From the NCBI RefSeq assembly GCF_006345805.1, contig NC_043008.1, forward strand, positions 65,224,001 through 65,288,000: DNA of 64,000 bases, read 5' to 3'. A program made the translations under genes and the position numbers. Every line of letters begins with the position of its first letter. The stretch's first letter is position 1. The notes under the pieces were generated by a model. That model saw only the letters and a program-made list of their open reading frames with translations, ran no database searches and was not told the DNA's origin. This DNA is from Octopus sinensis (lineage: Eukaryota). This document shows positions 53,762 through 64,000 of this stretch, in pieces.

Positions 53762-55619
53762 TTCATTGATGTCTTTCATATTGATGTACTTACATGCGCC
53801 TGTCTGTTAAAATAGGGTTCGGTTAGTGGTTATGTTCCAAACTTACATAACTATGCAATTATATTTTGTTTTATTTATTTCTATTTTATAAGCTTGATCT
53901 TTGTGTCTGTGTGTGTGTATGCATTTATTGCTGTATGTGTACCCTTGTATCAGTTTGTGTAGTATACATATGTACGTTTGTGCAGCAGAAATGGTAACGA
54001 AGTTAGTCTGCAAATACGTTCTTAGCTTGCAAAATGCCATTCTTGCGTGATTACATCGTAAACTATTTCTATTTTCCATTACCCCCACTGAGCTTCATGT
54101 GACTACAGAGAGGACTACACAGGACCAATGCCATGTCAAAGTTGTTTCTATATGCAAATATTTGACTTAGATAATATTTCAGCTTATTTGATTGATATGT
54201 TTATGCACCTAGGACATGAAATATCAATCGTAAAAAATCGTTTTGCGATTATAGTCGATACAGAATATATCTAACAACCTAATTTATCCAGAGTTAACAA
54301 TTGTGGATTTCAAAGAAATGTCATTCCGTCTTTTCCTCCAACTTTCTCAGATTTCTTCTAGCATCCAATTTCTAAAATTGTCTAGGCATTTATATGCTAC
54401 ATACATTGTGTATAATTTGTATTAAAATGTCCAAGGCATCTAGGTAGCGTTTGAGAAAGTGTTATATCGCAATACTACACAGTAGTTGTGGGTGCTACAA
54501 AATCCTCGTCGCTACTGTTATATCGTAGCACACACAGCCACTGCGTAGTATTGCGATATATCAGAAAGCTACGTATTTCTCTTGAACAAACGACACAAAA
54601 TATTTCATCATTCCCTTAGTTCTTTAGACTTATTCATCTGTACTTCTTTGCTCACTCCTCTCTCTCTCTCTCTCTCTCTCTGTTCTCTCCTTCTTATTCT
54701 CGATCTCTCTCCCTATCTCTCTTTTCAATGTGCGCCTGTTTGTTTGCTGTGTGTATGCGTGCGTATGTGTATCTGTGTATGTGTCTGTGTGTGTGTGTTT
54801 GTATTAAGTGATACAATCCCTTTTCGTCATTTGCAACAAATAACAAAAATGCAAGATTTCTCTAGTTGTATGCTTGGTTGGACATAATATAAAAATTGAA
54901 ACTCGTGACATTTAGGTACATGTTATTACCGTTTCGATTTAGTCAAATTTCAGAGCAAAATTTTTGTATTAGAATTCGAACTAAAAAATATTGCCGCAGG
55001 CGAGGCGAGAAAAAGTAAAGAAGAAAAGATGCTAAATTGGAAAAGGAGAGAAATAAATGGAACAAAGAAAAAAAGAAGGCCAACTTATAGCAGAAAATTT
55101 AAAAAGATGAAAACATCTATGAATAACAATGAGAATATATTCAAAAGTAAGTAAAATATGATACTGAGTGAGCCCAGAAAATCGAAGACATGGAATAACT
55201 GAGTTCTTTCTCTCACCTAGTAATACTTTTGAATTCAAAGGACTGCAAGGTGATACACATGCCTATAAAACTCACATAAACACGTTGCATTTAACCTCGA
55301 GCTTATTTGGTATGGATATTCAGAAGGTAGATATAAGCGCTCAGCTATTCTTTTTAGAAATTGTGTATATGAAGAACAGGTGATAATTACTCTCTAGAGA
55401 CGTTTAGAACACAGGTGTCTATAAATTTCACGTTGTGAATGATGTTTTTTGAAGCGTTCATATTGTACATTATTTTGTGGCCGTGTGTTTCGATAGCTGC
55501 AGTAACTCTTTAAGGCATCCGAACCCGAGTTTCTTCTTAGTGGCAATAAATTGTATCATATATTCCCAATGATATGATAGCTACTTCTAACTAATGCCCA
55601 TATATACTCCTACTAATGC

Positions 55620-55667
<48 letters not shown>

Positions 55668-55671
55668 TCCT

Positions 55672-55897
55672 ACTGGTTGGTTGGCATCATTATTGTCTCG
55701 GGACACAATGGAGTTGCGCATAAACTAATCTAGTCCGGCTTTTACATTTCATGTCCTAATACATTTCCTTCTGTAGCTGTGTAGTCCTATCCTGGACAAA
55801 CACTCCCTCTGGCAGGTGCTGCAAATGTAGCGAAGACTTTTCCTGGCTTGTTGTAATGTCATAGCTTCTTGTTGACGTCTTTTCTTGTCTTTCCATT

Positions 55898-55960
<63 letters not shown>

Positions 55961-56040
55961 ACTCTTTTGTGTTCCGTCTTTTACGGTACATCGCCAATCT
56001 TCACGGTTGCTGGCAACTGCTTCCCAGTTGGTATGCTCAT
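55672..56040 (-). pseudogene. RTE-clade LINE 3' end with internal (GA)n expansion
   Basis: NWEAVASNREDWRCTVKDG and YICSTCQRECLSRIGLHSYRRKC* (55749-55832), typical RTE C-terminal zinc-finger-like tail. Confidence 0.7.
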
Positions 56041-57514
56041 ATACATTTATATTTATATATATAAATATTGGATGTGCTTTCAAATGACAGTTGTATTTGA
56101 AAACATCTTCAAACATTCTTACAATGTGTGTGTCTGAAAGAAGACGTATGGAGGACATATCGTTCTTTGAATCACTACTTTTTATTTGCTCACAGCTCCG
56201 GCTAGTGTGGTGCAGTATTACTTTAGTAAGTATGTAACACATCGCTTCATGTATGATGCGCATTTACACCTTATATTAGCATTACGCCGCTAAATAATTT
56301 TTTATACAAATATTTAATTAAGAAATACTTATCGTAGTTAGATTTATAATTCAACAAGTATGTGAAGGCAAATTATGTAGTACTAATTACTTCTAATTTG
56401 ATATTTTCTTGAATATACACTTTTACTCAGTTTATTTTTACACTCATTATTTTTTTTATTTTTATTTTAGTAGGATATGATTTCCAAAACTGTAATTTGT
56501 TGTACTCATATGAAGATTTGTTTTAGGTAAGCCAGAATGTTTGCGTCTCTTTATTGTAAAATCGATGATAACATCTTGGAAATTAAATTCTATTAACTTT
56601 TAACATTGATTTTCTTTAGGGCAAAATTATTGAATGCAATAATTTAATCTTTTATGGTATCAAGAATGTGTCCACTGTAATATTGGGATACAGTTAATCC
56701 ATATTTTTTATATAAGTCAAAATTTATATATAAAAATTATTTTTAATAATGAACCTAGGAGATATGAGCAAACGAGTTCACTCTATAGTGTCACATGAGA
56801 CATGTGGATATCGAAAACGTATGGGAAAATTGATTTGGCGCCAACAGAATCTTTGGAAAATTTACGCATAAATGATAAAAAAAATCACAATTTCTTTTAT
56901 CATTTCTCAAGAAACAATTAAGTACTTATCACTAATATCTGGCAGTTGTCATAACAAGGCTATGAAACTAAATTATGAGCTTGTTTGTTTGTGTGTGTGT
57001 GTGTGTGTGAGAGTGTGTGTGTGTGAGAGTGTGTGTGCGTGCGTATGGGTGAGTCTATATCTATCTATTTATCTATATATATAATATATAGATAGTCAAT
57101 AATAATAAGGGTAAATTAATTAATTAATTAGTAATTAATAATTTTACCAAGCAGTGTTCAATATGTAAAAGGACCATTTACGGTGAATTTAAACATTACT
57201 TTATATAATTAGGGTTCAGCAAAAAGAATTGCTTTACCACATGCCGAACTTTTAGAAATAGCAGCCATAGAATTTAGCTATTTCCTCTACTATAAGAAGA
57301 GTCTCCCAGAGAATGTATACACAAAAACAATTCAATTATATATATATAAATATATATATATGCGTGTATGGTTATGCATGTATACATGAGTGTCCCCTGG
57401 AATAATGAGAAATAGCTAATCAATATTATTTGTATAATCTAGATTTACAATGGAAAATTATTTTTATTAATGCATCTAGGAGTATGAGCGAACGAGATCA
57501 CTTACCGAATTGCT

Positions 57515-57900
57515 CCAAATCCTTACTCAATAGCATCAATACCAGTAATCACGCTCTGATGGAATGTAGCCAAAACGAACTACACATTCTAGACAGATCA
57601 TTTCAGAATGATATAACTATAGAAGTTGACATTCACTACAAGCCAACGGACTCTAAATAGTACCTGCTATTTTCTTCTCGCCACCCAAAACGTACCAAAT
57701 CAAATATTTCATTTAAACTAGTTAGATATCTCTGCATAATTGTCTCCAATCTGGATGTTCAGAATAAAAGACTGCTTGAAATAAAACAGTCACCACATGA
57801 AATAAAGAACTCATCTATTCTAATAGATAACGGAATAGGACGCGCCAAACCAATAGACATTCAAGAATTACGAAAAGCCCAGAAATGCCTTGATGCGGAA
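57515..57900 (+). pseudogene. Old Penelope-like RT/thumb fossil from a different family than the 36-42 kb element
   Basis: LLNSIN...MECSQNELHILD..IEVDIHYKPTDSK*YLLFSSRHPKRTKSNISFKLVRYLCIIVSN matches the PLE thumb pattern YxKPT..YL.xxSxHP. Confidence 0.7.
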
Positions 57901-58925
57901 AACTCTAACTTTAATTACAACACACGACGAAAGAAACATAATATCATTTATCATTATCTACCATTATTGAGCCAAGACTCAAGAACAAAAAAGTTCACTA
58001 GAAACATACAAATAATCAAATGTACATGACAACAAAAATCCCTTTAAAATTATTTACCAGTGCGAAATTCTCAACTACCGACACATTTCGAACAGTTGAT
58101 AAATGTGGCAACTCTAAATGCAGAATTGTGTTAACCTGATTGCGGACACAGCATATAAATTTAAATCGGGACAAGATTTATTGTAAAAAAAATCACTTCA
58201 GTTGTTCTTGAAAATATTTAATATAAATATATACCATCAAATGCAACGATGCGACGCAGATTACATTTAAGAAACCAATTTCACATTAAGAATGGGGTTA
58301 TCGATTTATTGACAACAAATACGACATCCGGGATCTAGATAAATTTAACTCAGTGAATATTTGAGCATATGCACAAAGACCAGGTCTCCCAAATTTTTGC
58401 CCCTGAAATTTATTACTGTGCAGACATTACAATAGATCAAACACAAATAATGAAATTTCCTTTATTAAAAAATATATCGTTTGAAGAAGCTATAAAGGTT
58501 TCAGGAGTATTCGTCTTTTATTATGAATATTATATAAAGTATCCACTAAACAAAAACTTCGACGTGACTTCCCTGCGCAGCAGTCACACAACTTTATAAC
58601 ATGAACCTAGAAGAAAACTCACCAAAAATTCCCTTACCTCAGCATGTGGCTCCTCGACAATTCAGTGTTTGCTTTAACCGACAAACTTTAACCGCCCACC
58701 CTCAATTCTCTTGCCTCAATTCTCAGTTCGTGTGCGTATGTATACATGTATGTATCAGTAAAGTTCCAGTAGAAACTGATCTATATGATGACAGGCCATC
58801 AGCCGACTATAAGCCGGTGGTGTACACAAGTTAGACCACTTAGTTACGTTCAATTGGTTTCATTTCTAAACTTGACATGTAAGTTTATTCGAAAGCTAAT
58901 TGCATCTCGTTTCTCACACATTAAA

Positions 58926-59001
<76 letters not shown>

Positions 59002-60795
59002 GTTTGTGCGTGTGTGTGTGACTGTGTGCGTGTGTGAGTGTGTGTGTGTGTGAGTGTATGTGTGCATATGTGTTTTAGTAAAGATGCATGTATGCTCAAA
59101 TACAAAGTAATGAATAACATGTACAAACTCAAATTTACAATGTATATTGATTACGTTAATGAACAGTCGTCTTACTCAGATTGTATCAGAGAATGTCAGA
59201 TCTATAAAGGAAAAGATATATGTATATGAAGAGAAATTTACGTATATATATATATATATATATATATGGAGAATATGGAGAAATTTACAAAATGTATAAA
59301 TAGATGATGAGTAAAGCACTGGCACAGTTTCGATTACCTGTCGCTATCCGTAGCTTTATTGCAGGAATTTCGTAGTGGCTATTGGGATAACAGTATTAAT
59401 AAAATAGGTGGAATGTGTAATAGATTTTGTTGGTTATAACACATGTGTCGACCCATTCTGAGTCTCTTCGGGCACATCAGTACAAAGTCTCACTAGAGAT
59501 TTCCGGAGTCGGCTAACGTACCGCTATATATCCATCAAATTCGAGAATGAGTAAAAAGAGAGAAAGATTATTGAAATGCAAACCTTTTTTTCTCTGTTTT
59601 TACTCATTCTTGAATTTGACCGACTCATGAAATCTCGCTTTATAATATGTATATCTGCAATTTATAAGACAGAAATAAATGCATAAGTGATCAGGAAATT
59701 CATATAGGAATTCTCGAACTGAGAAGACTTACACAATTGTGCTATATTTTAAACTAAAATGATCTTGAAGCTTTACAAATATATTTCAAAGTGTTAGATA
59801 TTGGAAAAAGTGTTAAAAGAGTATAGTACGAAAGTGTATGTAAAGCAATATTTAATATGAGATAGCTTATTGAGCTACATTACTAGTTCTTGGTAAAAGT
59901 CGTTCTAAATCAATTATAAATAACATATACGAACTTAAACTTCTGTTAATATTAAATCTGTAAAAATGTGAAGAAAGAAATAAGAGTAATATCAGCGTCA
60001 AGTGGTGTTCAGGCATTAGTGAAATTTAGACTAGTTTAAATATGTTTGCGACATGTTTTAGCTGCTAGATTTCTTTATTATCATCATAAGATCTAATATA
60101 GAAGGACAGTACAGGACAATACAAAACATTCACTGCAGTTACCGTGAAGAAAAAAAAATCTCTCTTATAGTAACAAAAAAATAATGCTGTAAAAACATCA
60201 TATCTGTCCGGTGCTGCCACTTGTAGGATTCTCAGACCTCGATGTGTCTAGCCTCTTAGCTTTTATCATTGAGAAATACCGAGGACAGGCAACTCTGAAC
60301 AGATTTAAGCAAGTTGTGGCTTTAACTAAAATGCAGTCAACAATATTGCTTCACTTGTGCCAGTATACCATCAAGGTCAGGAAAATTACAGTAATATCAG
60401 CGCCGAGCAATATGTTGGCAAAAGCGAATTTTAGGGTAGTTACAATATGTTTGCGACATATTTCAAATACTAAAGGTATATTCACAACAGTAAGATCATA
60501 ATATATTCTCTTCAAACGTGAAAATTTACAACACAAAATTGGTATGAATATTTGGGAAAACGTGGAAAGGCTTTCAACACTAACATAAATTACTTCCAGA
60601 ATTGGAAGCGTTTTTCACTAATACCATTTAAACTGTTTTGTAAATATTTATAAGGTTTCAAAAATGTACTGAATTTGAAATAAACGTCTCAAACATCTCA
60701 AATGTATTATCCCATTATTACAATTTACAGGAAACAGCTTTATATGAAATGTAAATATTAGGGAATGATGCTGAGTATTGATCAGAAGTCTAATA

Positions 60796-61037
60796 TTGGG
60801 TTGCTGCATAATTATTGCGGCTTTTTTTCAGCAAATTTTATTCAACAAAAACAATAACAACATGTAACAAAAACATCCTTAAATCATTATTCCGGAGCAT
60901 ATTCATCATCTACTTCAATTACTGCTCCCATTTGCTTAGCAGACGACCCGACCGTCATTTAAAGATGTTTTTAAAGATTGTTTTTGTTGAATAAAATTTT
61001 ATTGAAAATAAGCCGTAATAATTTTGCACCAACCCAA
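60796..61037. mobile_element. Mariner-derived MITE
   Basis: About 60-bp imperfect TIRs beginning TTGGGTTG(C/G)TGCA(T/A)AATTATT(G/A)CGGC, similar to the Hsmar1-type TIR; TA duplication on both sides. Confidence 0.8.
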
Positions 61038-62086
61038 TATTTGGTTAGTAAGCAATAAATAGTGTAAAAGTTACGGAAAAAAGAACTTTGTATAGTTCTT
61101 CATTTTTACATGAAACAGCGACCAAATACAATTTTATCGAAAATAATGAACGCCATTGTTCATTACACTCAAGTTGAAACATGCGTGCCATATATAGGCT
61201 TGTCGTTAAAAAAATATTGATTTTAAGAGAAATTTTTCAAATGGAGTCTACACGCAGAGAACCAATTCTCCAAAGACTGAACACAAATCAAAGTAATCGA
61301 TGGTCTGAAATGAAAACTGTTTCCCTGGAGCATCGTAGTATGAAAACAAATCTGACCCTCAATTACGAAATTTTAAATCAATTAAAAGATCTGAAATTTT
61401 CAAAATTGTCTAAAAGCAAATTCTCACATTAAAACCAAGAACAACTGAAAAACATTCTAGTGTACTAATTTCGAAAATTGGCACACATGAGGAAATTTCG
61501 GGTGGTGCTTTTGATTACTGGTTTCCAAATATCTTTGATTGTAGAATTCTTTTATTATATTTTTTTTAAATCTGAGATCAGAAAATAATATTAAGAGGAT
61601 CTTATTCATATACATATAAAAAAAACTCCTAAGTTGATTTGACAGTGAATGATATTTCTCATTATTGTATTGAAAGTATCCTAACTCGCATAACAACAGA
61701 ATATCTTTGAGGAAGAGATTTTCAGAAACACTAACGGAATAGGTTGATAATGAGAGAGAGGGAGGGGGTAGACAAACAGATAGACAGACAAACATTTTGA
61801 GAGATAGATAAGTAGATAAATAGATAGAGAGATAAGGTAGGCAGATAGATTGCTAGTAGGGAGATAGATGGATGAATAATAAAATAGATTGATAGATAGA
61901 TAGACAGACAGACGTAGATAGATTGATAGATAGATAAATAGATAGATAGATAGATAGATAGATAAGTAGGTAGGTAGGTAGATAGGTAGGTAGATAAATA
62001 GGTAGGTAGATAAATAGGTAGGTGGATAAAGAGAGAGAGAGAGGTAAACAGGTACCTAGCTGGCTAGCTAGACAGGCAGACAGACG

Positions 62087-62119
<33 letters not shown>

Positions 62120-62779
62120 GTACGTATGTAAGTATGCATGTATGTATATGGTGTGTGGTAGGTTGGTGCATGTTCCCACCAACAATACAGAAACATATTC
62201 TGTATATAACGATATGTAAGCTACTGGGCAAAGTTATAATGTATGAAACATGGTTCTCAAAGTTGAACAATTTTGCAGAAAATAACACTAAAATCCATAT
62301 AATTACATATAAAAACAATAAAACGTGTTTAATTTAGAATAAAATAACAAATTTGACGCAAAAACACACTCACACATCATAGGGGCGATTTGAAATATAT
62401 GGTAAAGAATGAGAAGTAGAGCGCTTCAGTAATTCCTACAGCTGGCAAATACAATTTGGTCACATCTGTTGATTTGTAATGAAAAATTTTCTGCGTCAGT
62501 AAAAGAAATTAAATATTTCATAAACATTCACCGACACCTCAATATGGCCACATTACACGACCAACGTGCTCTATTAATGTGTCCACACATTCACCTCCAC
62601 CCACAACATACCTATATCTATAAAAAAGAGTTTGTGTGTGTGTATGCGCGCGCGCGCGTGTATGTTCCTTATGCATTCCAAAACCGAGTTACCGATTTTG
62701 ACGTATGGCGTATCAAAAGGTTCCGTACTATTTCGGCTACCAACTAAACTTTATTTTCATTAACAATTTGCATTGCAAA

Positions 62780-62821
<42 letters not shown>

Positions 62822-63171
62822 GGCGGTGCCCCAGCATGGCCATAGCTCATAAGCTGAAACTAGAATCAATCAATCAATCATATATATATAACATTATAAT
62901 CTTTTTCCATAAGTTAACTATCATAAACATTTTATACGACGACGATGATGACATCACATTTTCTATATGAGTATGTACCTTAAAACACATCCGTCATCAC
63001 GACACGCGCCTTCACTCACTCACTCTATCTTTTTCTTTCTTTCTCTCCGTCTCTCTCTCTCTCTCTCACTCTCTCTCTCTCTCGCACACACGCACACACA
63101 CACATACACACAAGCATCCATTTCATATACACGTACATACATCTTTCATTTTCTCATCTACTTCACGTTCT

Positions 63172-63209
<38 letters not shown>

Positions 63210-64000
63210 CTCTTTCTGCTTTCTTTTCTCTTTCTATTTCTGCTCTCTTCAAAGCATAAAGAATGAGAAAAAGACAGAAAACAATTGTCTATGAGAGAAT
63301 ATGAAAGACAGCGATATCAGGCGAGAGAGAAATGCTGATGTTTCATACCCTATGTATATTCTATAATTGATAGTGAATGAAACCCGGTCGAAAGTTTATA
63401 CTTTATGTATGTATGTAGGTAAAGGTGAAAGAAAGTCGACACAAAGAGGTGTAAAGCGGTTGAGAAGAAGACGCTGAGAACCCCACAAACGAGATCGGAT
63501 CGCACAATTTTCAGGTGACTTTCACTTCCGTCCCATCTTTCACGCATGCGTAAAATCAGGCATTATCTCTCTCAATTTCTCATTATAATGTACAGTAACC
63601 TTATGCTGTCAACATGTTTACAACTTCACTAACTTTATTTCCTTATTTTGGAATTAAGAAAGGTATGCAAAAATAAGTTCCCTTAGCACACACACACACA
63701 CACACACACAGAGTTATAGTTCTTGCTGGGCGCTAAGTTCCAGCTCACATCCTATGGAAATTACCTTTTTGTGATGAGCGTATTTCAAAAGCTGATCTTC
63801 CATTTTAACTTACAAGCAAGTGATCTCAGAAATCTTGTCCTTTACCTGTTGCTTCTCGCATGTCCGAGATACCATCCCCCCCATATTTCTTTCCTTAATT
63901 TACTCGCATTCCTCTGTTTTCCATACGGGAGATTTGCATTTTGCACGAAAGGGGGTAGCTGATGGGTGGCCGAGGTGGGGGAAGAGGCTTTCAGTATTTC

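Noticed and set aside
58784-58812. ATGATGA-CA-GGC(CATCA)GCC-GACT hammerhead-like motif downstream of the PLE fossil
   Set aside because: Both core halves are mutated and stems I and III are absent; at most a relic.

Overview
AT-rich, microsatellite-dense metazoan genomic DNA. The SINE repertoire looks like Octopus (cephalopod); this is my recognition, not a database result. I find no convincing host exon, and almost all listed short ORFs are microsatellite or antisense artefacts. The centrepiece is a young Penelope-like retroelement (PLE, Naiad-type RT plus C-terminal GIY-YIG) on the minus strand at 35753-41898. It is a 3.6-kb unit preceded by a 2.4-kb direct repeat (pseudo-LTR) with an inverted 5' junction. 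Each repeat copy carries a type I hammerhead ribozyme (HHR) fold with an unusually long stem II. Three more HHR folds lie in small non-coding elements inside (TA)n tracts: a long-stem-II HHR at 7807-7894, and a 395-bp fold-back element (31831-32225) whose two arms each hold an HHR with the compensatory U3-A8 core (UUGAAAA). Several degenerate HHR relics are also present. The rest comprises fossils of R4/Dong-like, RTE, CR1/L2-like and PLE retroelements, mariner/Tc1 fossils (one tandemly duplicated), MITE-like hairpins, three tRNA-derived SINE families, a 42-bp minisatellite and many microsatellites. Coordinates were counted by hand; boundaries of decayed repeats are approximate.
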